This document shows, piece after piece, positions 56,153-63,943 of a stretch of 64,000 nucleotides of DNA; within the stretch, counting starts at the first letter, position 1, and the number at the start of each line of letters is the position of its first letter. The DNA is from Candidatus Aldehydirespiratoraceae bacterium (GTDB taxonomy: Bacteria; Actinomycetota; Acidimicrobiia; Acidimicrobiales; Aldehydirespiratoraceae): positions 18,473-82,472 of the forward strand of contig CBDEVU010000018.1 of NCBI GenBank assembly GCA_965243715.1, in the 5' to 3' direction. The notes below the pieces were generated by a model. The model made no database searches. It saw only the letters and a list, made by a program, of their open reading frames with translations, and was not told where the DNA came from. A program made the position numbers and the translations under genes.

Positions 56153-57483
56153 CCGACTACGAACCAATCGATTACGAACCAATCGATTACGAACCAATTG
56201 ACTACGAACCAATAGAGGGCGGTCCCTGGCTCGACGATCAATCACCGACCACCGCGGCGTGGGCGCTGTTTTTCGCCATCTTCTTGCTGATGGCGGGTAA
56301 CGGCCTCCAAGGCTCGCTCATCGGCGTTCGTACCGAAGCGGAAGGATTCTCGGTTGCGGTCGCGGGAGTCATCATGGCCGCCTATTTCGCTGGATTCCTT
56401 GCGGGCACCCGCTACGCCGAGTACCTCTTAGCCCGCGTTGGTCACATTCGCGTCTTTGCCGGATTGGCCTCAATGGCCTCCACCGCTGTCTTAGTACATG
56501 CACTGTTCGTTAACGCCTACACGTGGGGCGCGATGCGTTTCGTTACCGGCGTATGCATGGCTGGCTTGTACGTGGTGGCCGAATCGTGGCTCAACGATCT
56601 AGCAACTAACGCCACCCGAGGCCGCCTGCTTTCGGTCTATATGGTCGCCACGATGGGCGGCATGGCGTCGGGTCAGTTCCTGCTTGACCTAGCCGAACCG
56701 GGAGGGTTCGAGTTGTTCATGCTCTCCTCGGTGCTGGTCTCGGCGTCGTTGGTGCCGGTGGCGCTGTCGGCGTCGTCGAACCCTCCCCTCGGCGTGCCCG
56801 ATTCGTTGTCGTTGCGCGAACTGGCCCGTCGTGTTCCCGGCGGTGTCTATAGCGCGTTCTGGGGCGGCGCCTCGATGGGCGTCCTTATCGCGTTGGGTGC
56901 CGTGTATGCCGTAGCGGTCGACGTGCCGGACTCGCGCCTCCCCGCTTTTTTGGCTGCTCCCCTAATAGGGTCAGTGGTTCTGCAATGGCCGATTGGTCGA
57001 CTTTCCGACAGCGTCCCGCGCGGCAACGTGATGGTATCGGTGGCCGCCGCGGCCAGCGGTATCTGTGTCGCTCTCACCCTGGTCGACCCAAGGAGTTGGA
57101 CCACCGTCGGGCTGATGTTTGCCTTGGGCGGCACCTCGTTCCCGCTCTACTCGCTTACCATTGCCTACACAGCGGATCAGCTACCCTCATCACAACTCAC
57201 CGCGGGTTCGGCCGCTCTCGTTCGGATCAACGGGATCGGCGCGCTGGCGGGGCCGTTGGGCGCGTCGGCCGTCATGGCCGTCACCAATGAGGTGGCGTTC
57301 TTTTGGGCCATGGCGGCGACCCACGGGGTTATCGTCCCGTACCTGCTGTATCGCATGGTGGTCGCCGAAACGGTCTCGGTCGACGATCAAAGCAAGTTCA
57401 TTGCGTTTCCCGCCCGGGCTTCCGCCGCCGCGACGAGCCTGCTCGGGCGCCACCGCAAGCCGCCGAGCGTCCACCGCGAATGA
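56149..57483 (+). CDS. MFS transporter with an N-terminal (DYEPI)4 repeat
   Basis: About 12 TM helices. ATGA overlap with the GcvT-like gene. Confidence 0.75.
   Translation: MTDYEPIDYEPIDYEPIDYEPIEGGPWLDDQSPTTAAWALFFAIFLLMAGNGLQGSLIGVRTEAEGFSVAVAGVIMAAYFAGFLAGTRYAEYLLARVGHIRVFAGLASMASTAVLVHALFVNAYTWGAMRFVTGVCMAGLYVVAESWLNDLATNATRGRLLSVYMVATMGGMASGQFLLDLAEPGGFELFMLSSVLVSASLVPVALSASSNPPLGVPDSLSLRELARRVPGGVYSAFWGGASMGVLIALGAVYAVAVDVPDSRLPAFLAAPLIGSVVLQWPIGRLSDSVPRGNVMVSVAAAASGICVALTLVDPRSWTTVGLMFALGGTSFPLYSLTIAYTADQLPSSQLTAGSAALVRINGIGALAGPLGASAVMAVTNEVAFFWAMAATHGVIVPYLLYRMVVAETVSVDDQSKFIAFPARASAAATSLLGRHRKPPSVHRE
56155..56214. repeat. 15-bp tandem repeat x4 (GACTACGAACCAATC-like) encoding DYEPI, starting at codon 3 of the MFS gene
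   Basis: Read directly. Confidence 0.9.
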
Positions 57484-57494
57484 CGAGTCGAAGC

Positions 57495-58412
57495 TCAGTC
57501 GGTGACTTCCCATGGCGCGACCCACTCGCCCGCCATGCGAAAGGAGAGCCCGGCATCGTCCTCCAGACGTTTAGCCACATGAAGTTCGCCCGCGTCGCGG
57601 CCGTAGCGCTCGGCGGCTTCGGCAAAAACCCCTTGGGCGGCATCGGTCATCACTAGGTCGCGGCCCACATGGCGCGCCAAGTCGCCGATGAGCCTGAGGT
57701 CTTTGAGACACAGGTCGAGCGTGAACGAGGGGTCGTAGTGGCCAGCAAAGATCGATGGGCCATCGTGGCGGGCTACGAATGAGTCGCCGACCGAGTCGCA
57801 GATCGCGTCGTAGAGGACCGACAATTCGACCCCGTTGGCCATACCCAGCGCGAAACCTTCGCCGATCGCCGCGGCGTGGATGAACCACAATTGGTTGGTG
57901 ACGAGTTTCACGACGTTTCCCGTGCCGAGTCCGCCACAGCGGATGACGCGTCCCATGGTTTCGAGTACGGGAGTGACTCGGTCGAGATCGGCGTCGCGGC
58001 CGCCCGCGAAGAGGGTAAGTCGACGATTGCGGGCCCCGTCAACGGCGCCGGTAACGGGTGAGTCGACGACGGTGACACCTTCGGGGGCTTCGTCGGCCAG
58101 TGCCTGCACGACCTCGCGTCGATTCGTGGTGAGATCCGCCCATAGCGATCCGGGCCGTAGCGCGGCGAGGGCGCCGCTGGCGCGCATTACCGCTTCGACA
58201 TGATCCGGGCGCGGTAGCGAGGTCAACAAGATGTCGGCTTGGGAGGCCACCACGGCAACATCGTTGGCCGTGCTCGCGCCAGCCGCGGTGGCTTCGGCGA
58301 CGGCTTCTGGTCGAAGGTCGAAGGCCACTACAGTAAAGCCCGCCTCGATCAGGTTGAGGCACATGGGGAGTCCCATGTTGCCGAGGCCAATGAACCCGAT
58401 GGTGTCAGTCAC
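57495..58412 (-). CDS. NAD(P)-dependent beta-hydroxyacid dehydrogenase (3-hydroxyisobutyrate/6-phosphogluconate dehydrogenase family)
   Basis: IGFIGLGNMGLPMCLNL Rossmann motif directly after GTG 58412. The longer ORF to 58682 runs into the mttB copy-3 gene. Confidence 0.8.
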   Translation of the reverse strand: MTDTIGFIGLGNMGLPMCLNLIEAGFTVVAFDLRPEAVAEATAAGASTANDVAVVASQADILLTSLPRPDHVEAVMRASGALAALRPGSLWADLTTNRREVVQALADEAPEGVTVVDSPVTGAVDGARNRRLTLFAGGRDADLDRVTPVLETMGRVIRCGGLGTGNVVKLVTNQLWFIHAAAIGEGFALGMANGVELSVLYDAICDSVGDSFVARHDGPSIFAGHYDPSFTLDLCLKDLRLIGDLARHVGRDLVMTDAAQGVFAEAAERYGRDAGELHVAKRLEDDAGLSFRMAGEWVAPWEVTD

Positions 58413-58428
58413 GACGATGCTCGTTTGG

Positions 58429-59976
58429 TTAGTAGGCTGCGTCAGGCATTTCCGACTTGCGCCGTGCGATGTAGTCTTGAAGTTCGGCGTCGATTGCCTC
58501 GTCCAAGCCCGGACCTTGGTATTCGGCGAGCATCCGCTTCCATGTCCGGTTGGCTCGCTGGGCCGCGGTGAGTCCGCCATCTTCGGTCCACTGTTCGAAG
58601 CTGTTGTTGTCGGCTTCGGTCGACCGGTAGAAGGCGGTTTCGAAGTTGGCCAGGGTGTGATTGTTGCCGAGGAAGTGCTCACCGTGGGGATTGCTGCGGA
58701 AGGCGTCCATGGCCTGGCCGTTCTCGGACATGTCGATACCGCGGGCGTAGACGCCCATCATGCCGAGTTGGTCGGCGTCGAGGATGAGTTTTTCGTAACC
58801 TAGGGCCAAGCCGCCCTCTTGCCAGCCAGCGGCGTGCAACACAAAGTTCACCCCCGCGTTTATGGCGGGCAGAATCGTGGAGGCTGATTCGTAGGCCGCT
58901 TGGGCATCGGGGTACTTCGACGCAGTGAACTGGCCGCCGGAACGAAAGGGCAGGCCCACCCGGCGTGCCAGCGAAGCCATGACGTTGATGGCCTGGCCCG
59001 CCTCGGGTGTGCCGAAGGTCGGTGCGCCGGTGGCCATCGACATAGACGAGGCAAAGGTGCCGAAGATAACCGGTGCGCCGGGTCTAACCAGTTGCACGTA
59101 GGCCATTCCCGACAACGCCTCGGCGAGGGCTTGAGCGGCGAGCCCAGCAACGGTGACCGGCGACATGGCCCCCGCGAGGATGAACGGCGACATGATGCAC
59201 GCTTGGTTGGCCCGGGCGTATTGCGTAGCGGCGCCGAGCATCGTGGCGTCCCAGCGCAACGGCGAGGAGGCATTGATGAGCGAGGTCATCACGGTGCGAT
59301 CCTCAAGGTCGCCGCCAAAGCCGATGCGGGCCAACTCGATAGAGTCCGCGGCTCGGTCCGCCGCAGTCACCGAACCCATGAACGGCTTGTCGCTGTACTT
59401 GAGGTGGGAGTACACCATGTCGAGATGGCGCTTGTTGACCGGCACATCGACGGGTTCACATACTGTGCCGCCGCTGTGGTGAAGGTGAGGCAGGTCGTAT
59501 ACGAGTTTCACAATGTTTTGGAAGTCCTCGATGGTGCCGTAGCGGCGACCGTTGTCGAGATCCATCACGAACGGGGAACCGTAGTTCGGGGCAAATACCG
59601 TGCAGTTCTCGCCGATTTTCACGCTTCGTTCGGGGTTGCGGGCGTGCTGAAGGTAGAACCTCGGCGCGTTCTGCTGAATGATTTCGCGGCACATTCCTTT
59701 GGGGAACTTGACGAGGTCACCGGTTACGGCCGCCCCCGCGGTGCGCCACAGGTCAAGGGCCTCGGGGAACTCCTGAAAGGCGATCCCGATCTCGGCCAGG
59801 ATGGTTTCGGCGTTCTCCTCGATCTGGCTGAGGGCGTCGTCGTCGAGCATGTTGACTGGGGGAATCTTGCGCTCTAGGTAGGCAACGGTGGCCGCGGTTG
59901 ATGAGGCCCGAGCGGCTTGTCGCCCCGCTCGCCCTCCCCCTCGACGGCCGCCGGAACGGGCTGCGGTTTCGCTCAT
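58429..59976 (-). CDS. MttB-superfamily (non-Pyl) methyltransferase, copy 3 (intact)
   Basis: 515 aa, collinear with copy 2. No in-frame TAG. ATGA overlap with the upstream activase gene. Confidence 0.85.
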   Translation of the reverse strand: MSETAARSGGRRGGGRAGRQAARASSTAATVAYLERKIPPVNMLDDDALSQIEENAETILAEIGIAFQEFPEALDLWRTAGAAVTGDLVKFPKGMCREIIQQNAPRFYLQHARNPERSVKIGENCTVFAPNYGSPFVMDLDNGRRYGTIEDFQNIVKLVYDLPHLHHSGGTVCEPVDVPVNKRHLDMVYSHLKYSDKPFMGSVTAADRAADSIELARIGFGGDLEDRTVMTSLINASSPLRWDATMLGAATQYARANQACIMSPFILAGAMSPVTVAGLAAQALAEALSGMAYVQLVRPGAPVIFGTFASSMSMATGAPTFGTPEAGQAINVMASLARRVGLPFRSGGQFTASKYPDAQAAYESASTILPAINAGVNFVLHAAGWQEGGLALGYEKLILDADQLGMMGVYARGIDMSENGQAMDAFRSNPHGEHFLGNNHTLANFETAFYRSTEADNNSFEQWTEDGGLTAAQRANRTWKRMLAEYQGPGLDEAIDAELQDYIARRKSEMPDAAY

Positions 59977-62048
59977 GATGGTTCCTCGGTTTCTTTCGGT
60001 CGTCGGCGGCGCCGGCCTCGACCGGCACCGTCTTGAGCTTCAGTGCGTTCGGGTAAGTCAACTATGGCCCGCAGGTGCGGACTAGGGGCGGTGGCGTGCG
60101 GGAAGGCCATCGCGGCGACAAATAAGTCCTGGAAGCGAGGCTCTGTGGCGGTCTCGATCTTTTCGATCTGCCGCACGGCCGCGGCGATCTCGTGGCGTTG
60201 CTGGGCCGAGACCAAGAGGCGCACTGCCCCCGCACCCGAGGAGTTGCCAACTGCCCGAACGCTCTCGACTGGGCAGTCGGGTACGAGTCCGAGAACGAGG
60301 GCGTAGATCGGATCGATGTGAGTACCGAAAGCGCCAGCGAGACGAACGTCGTGGACTTCGGCAATGCCAGCGTGTTCCATCAACAAGTCGATGCCCGCCC
60401 GCAGCGCCGAACCGGCTAACTGGATCTGTCGTATATCGTTTTGGGTGATGGCCAGTTGCGGCTCTTCGGTGCCGTCGTTGTTTTGGCCCGCGGCGCGGAT
60501 CACATAAGTAAACGTTCGTCCATCGGCCACGACGCGCGGCGAGCGCTCGGCTAGCGAACCCTGAATTACGCCTTTGTGGTCACATATACCGGCGAGGTAG
60601 ATCTCGCCCACGATCTCGATGATGGCTGAGCCACAGAGGCCCGCGATGTCGAGTTTGGCGGTCTGGCGGGCGAATTCTGGTTCATCGGACCAAGCGTCGG
60701 CCCCGATCACCCTGAAGCGCGGCTCGAGCGTGGTGCGGTCGATACGGATGCGCTCAATGGCCCCGGCTGTGGCGCGCATGCCACAAGATATTTGCGCCCC
60801 TTCGAACGCCGGGCCGGTGGGAGAAGACGCGGCGTAGGTGCGTTGGGCGGTACCGAGGACGATTTCGGCGTTGGTTCCAACATCGACTAGAAGTTGAGGT
60901 TCGGTCGTGCGGTGAGTGCCTTCGTTGAGGGTGGCCGCCGCGGCATCGGCTCCGACATGCCCCGCGATGCACGGGGCAATGTGGGCTCGGGCGTTAGGTA
61001 ACGCCAGGCCGAGTTCGTCGGCTCGCATGTCGACGGGTTCGCCGATCGTTAGCGTGAACGGCGCGGCGCCCAGCGGGGTCGGATTAATGCCCAAAAAGAG
61101 GTGATGCATCACCGGATTACCGACCAACACGACATCGTGAATGCGGGACCGAAGGTCAGAGGGGGCAAGATCAGAGGCGAGTCCGGTGGCGAGGTCTTCG
61201 ATCAAGTCGTCAAGTGCTTGGCGGATTACCGCGGTGAGTTCGTCCTCCCCCCCGGGATTCATCATGACGTAGCTGACCCGGCTCATAAGATCCTCGCCGA
61301 AGCGGATTTGTGGATTCATGGCGCCGCTGGTGGATACGACCTCGCCGGTGGCTAGATCGACGAGGTATCCGGCGAGAGTGGTGGAGCCAACGTCGATGGC
61401 CGCGCCGTAGATTGCTTCGTCGAACCCGGCCCGTACCGCCATCACCGTGCCATCCGCGTGGACAATCGCGGTGATGGCTCGTGAGCCGTGGACGATGGCC
61501 GGATGCAGGTCGGGGAGCACGCGGGCATCGACGGTGGCTCCTTCGATGCCCCAGTCTTGGCGAAGGGCTTCTCGGAGCAGTTCAGCGTCGGATCGCTCGT
61601 CGCCCAATTCGACTTCGGGCAACTCGATGTAGCGGGCTGCGATAAGGGGGTCGAGGGTGAGCCCGGCTAGGTCGATCTTCTTGCGTACAACGGGACGATG
61701 GACTTGCGAGGCGGCGGGAATATCGACGACAACATCGGCATAGACCGTTGCCTGACAGCCGAGACGGTTCCCTTCTTCGATCGTGCGGCGACCCTTGTAG
61801 TTCGTCTCGACCGATGTCCACGCGGACACCGCGTCGCGGGTCGAGGTGATGTTCCATTTGGCGAATTCGCCCTGCGTGGGGCTGACCTGGCAGCGGCCGC
61901 AAAGACCGCGACCGCCACAGGTCGAGTCGATGTCGACCCCAATCCTGCGTGCCACGTCAAGCACGGTGGTTCCGGGCGCGACGGTGGTCTGGACCCCGGA
62001 CGGGGTGAAGACGATCGTAACGTCGTCGGCTCGGATGGGTGGGAGCAT
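59973..62048 (-). CDS. Corrinoid reductive activase (RamA/RACE-like): N-terminal plant-type 2Fe-2S ferredoxin plus an ASKHA (DUF4445) ATPase body
   Basis: CGGRGLCGRCQV...LGCQ ferredoxin motif. The long ASKHA-like region has DVGSTT / DVGTNAE phosphate-binding-type motifs. 691 aa. Confidence 0.75.
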   Translation of the reverse strand: MLPPIRADDVTIVFTPSGVQTTVAPGTTVLDVARRIGVDIDSTCGGRGLCGRCQVSPTQGEFAKWNITSTRDAVSAWTSVETNYKGRRTIEEGNRLGCQATVYADVVVDIPAASQVHRPVVRKKIDLAGLTLDPLIAARYIELPEVELGDERSDAELLREALRQDWGIEGATVDARVLPDLHPAIVHGSRAITAIVHADGTVMAVRAGFDEAIYGAAIDVGSTTLAGYLVDLATGEVVSTSGAMNPQIRFGEDLMSRVSYVMMNPGGEDELTAVIRQALDDLIEDLATGLASDLAPSDLRSRIHDVVLVGNPVMHHLFLGINPTPLGAAPFTLTIGEPVDMRADELGLALPNARAHIAPCIAGHVGADAAAATLNEGTHRTTEPQLLVDVGTNAEIVLGTAQRTYAASSPTGPAFEGAQISCGMRATAGAIERIRIDRTTLEPRFRVIGADAWSDEPEFARQTAKLDIAGLCGSAIIEIVGEIYLAGICDHKGVIQGSLAERSPRVVADGRTFTYVIRAAGQNNDGTEEPQLAITQNDIRQIQLAGSALRAGIDLLMEHAGIAEVHDVRLAGAFGTHIDPIYALVLGLVPDCPVESVRAVGNSSGAGAVRLLVSAQQRHEIAAAVRQIEKIETATEPRFQDLFVAAMAFPHATAPSPHLRAIVDLPERTEAQDGAGRGRRRRRPKETEEPS

Positions 62049-62072
62049 TAGCTGACGTTAGGCTGTGTGGCG

Positions 62073-62976
62073 CTAGGTTGGCCGGCGACGGCCGCCGCGA
62101 CGACGGGCTCCACCCGCGCCGCCTCCGGCGTTGGGATCGCGGTTCTCGCGAATCCAAGAAGCGCAGTTGTTGTCGCTTCCGGTGAGAACGTCGGCCGCCA
62201 TGATCGCAGTCTTTACCTCGGGGTGCATCGGGTTCATGATCGCTGAGGTCATGCCCGCACCCATCGCCATGGCGAGGAACGTTCCCGTGACGTGCGTGGC
62301 GGTTAGGAAGGCCAAAGCTGACGTTCGACGCCCCGCAGGTAGTGTTGACGCCGAGTTCCTCGCGCAGGCGGCGAACGAGAGAGAACACTTGTTGGCCCGC
62401 AGTGCCAATCGCGCCGATGGGCATCACGAGCGGATCGACGACAATGTCGTGGGCTGGGATCCCGAAGTCGGCCGCGGTGTGGACGATCTTTTTGGCCACC
62501 GCGAAGCGAACGTCTGGGTCTTCTGAAATACCGGTTTCGTCGTTGGATATGGCCACGACAGCCGCACCGGCTCGAGCAACCAGCGGGAGGACCCGTTCGA
62601 GGACCTCTAGTTCGCCGGTCACCGAGTTAATAAGCGGCTTGCCGTCGTAGGCCTCGATACCGGCTTCGAGCGCCTCGATGATTGAGGAGTCGATGGCCAG
62701 CGGCACATCGGTAATCGACTGCACGAGTTTGATGGCCTGGGCGAGTAGCGCCGGTTCGTCGGCTAGCGGGATGCCGGCGTTCACGTCGAGCATCTGCGCG
62801 CCCGCCGCAACCTGGGCTAGGGCATCGGCCTCCACGCGGCTGAAGTCGCCGTTCTTCATCTCTTCGGCCAAGAGTTTGCGGCCGGTTGGGTTGATGCGCT
62901 CGCCAATCATGACGAACGGACGGCCAAAGCCGATCACGACCTCTTTGGTCGCCGAACTAATAACGGTCTCGGTCAC
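62073..62976 (-). pseudogene. Pterin-binding methyl-corrinoid:tetrahydrofolate methyltransferase (MeTr/MtgA/MetH-domain-like), with its frame broken by an apparent 1-nt insertion near 62288..62296
   Basis: Frame A (61957..62976) reads IGERINPTGRK...LDVNAG...AIDSS...INSV...CGASNVSFGLPNRH and then becomes nonsense. Frame B (62073..62408) resumes VTGTFLAMAMGAGMTSAIMNP. Deleting one base restores GLPNRHAVTGTFL with the family-typical spacing. Confidence 0.7.
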
Positions 62977-63323
62977 TGGGCTTCTCCTGGCTGTTCAGGG
63001 TCGAGACCACCGGCGGCGACAAGCGCCTCCAAGCGGTCTCGGGGATAAGTTGATTCGAGGATTTCGGCTGTCTGGCGAGCGACGGCGATGGGATCACCGT
63101 CAACGGAGGTCGCCACACGACGCCACTCGTTGACGTAGGCGTCGGCATCGGTCAGGCCCGCCACGGCGGCGGCTCGGTCGATGGCAACCTGGAACCGTTG
63201 ATGCAAAAGCACCGGTTCTTTGGCGCCTTGTCCGCCGGTGGCGGTGACCTGGGCCGGAATGTCACGCCAAAAGATCGTGATCAAGCCCGGTCCGCCCCGA
63301 CCGCGGCGTCGGTTGGTGGTCAT
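62973..63323 (-). CDS. Small 'virulence factor'-family protein (Pfam Virulence_fact, PF13769 as I recall), function unknown
   Basis: 116 aa. IFWRDIPAQV motif after an RG-rich N-terminus. 4-nt overlaps with both neighbours. Confidence 0.55.
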   Translation of the reverse strand: MTTNRRRGRGGPGLITIFWRDIPAQVTATGGQGAKEPVLLHQRFQVAIDRAAAVAGLTDADAYVNEWRRVATSVDGDPIAVARQTAEILESTYPRDRLEALVAAGGLDPEQPGEAQ

Positions 63324-63943
63324 TTGCTTGCCCGTTCGTTTAGGGCGCCACGGCTGATCTCGACTAGGGCTGGTTCGAGGTCGCCGTAGCTAGTGGATAC
63401 CCGCTCGAAGCGAAGGCCTAGACGATCGGCCGCGGCTTGGCCCCGGGTGTCGAGATCAGGATCAGAGGTTTGGGCAAGATAGATCATCTTGGTGTAGTTA
63501 CCGAAATACATGTCCCGCAGTTCTGGGTGGGCTTCGATACCAAGACCGTCCATGATGATTCGGTCGAAATGTTTGACGAGAAAGTCGGTGAGGTAAAACG
63601 CCGTCGGATCGTCATTGTGCATGTCGAGAAATTCTTGCTGGCCCGCGAAGAACTGGTAGCAGTGGTCGCCGGGGAGCATCTCAATTCCCGCTTGGGCGCA
63701 GATATCGGCCAGTTCGCCCGCCGTCCCGCAGTCGGCGTAGCCGAGCAAGATGCGGTCGAAGTTCCCTTGAGCTCGGTCGAGTCGGGCTCGGACCGCATCA
63801 GGAATCTCTGTTGGTCGGTTGTGTAAAACGGCTGGGAGACACTCCAATGTGACATTGTCGAGTTGGTGTAGTCGCGCAATGTCACGGATCTCTCGAGCCA
63901 GGGCACCACAGGCCAAGATTAGAACCCGCGGCGCGGCGTTCAC
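63320..63943 (-). CDS. DUF1638-domain protein, function unknown
   Basis: 207 aa. VLILACGALAREI, LLGYADCGT and GDHCYQFF are motifs as I recall them for DUF1638. GTGA overlap with the upstream CDS. Confidence 0.6.
   Translation of the reverse strand: MNAAPRVLILACGALAREIRDIARLHQLDNVTLECLPAVLHNRPTEIPDAVRARLDRAQGNFDRILLGYADCGTAGELADICAQAGIEMLPGDHCYQFFAGQQEFLDMHNDDPTAFYLTDFLVKHFDRIIMDGLGIEAHPELRDMYFGNYTKMIYLAQTSDPDLDTRGQAAADRLGLRFERVSTSYGDLEPALVEISRGALNERASK

Noticed and set aside
5916-56214. CRISPR arrays as an explanation for the repeated 15-18-bp units
   Set aside because: The units are directly abutting with no spacers, are much shorter than CRISPR repeats, and lie within coding frames. No cas genes are present.
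17920-59976. Possible pyrrolysine (in-frame TAG) decoding in the MttB-family genes
   Set aside because: None of the three copies has an in-frame TAG. The interruption in copy 1 is a frame change, not an amber codon, and no pylTSBCD genes are visible in the window.
61957-62072. The 3' tail of ORF 61957..62976 overlapping the activase gene start
   Set aside because: After GLPNRH this frame encodes Arg/His/Pro-rich nonsense. The conserved continuation is in the other frame and ends at 62073, so the read-through overlap is an artefact of the frame break.
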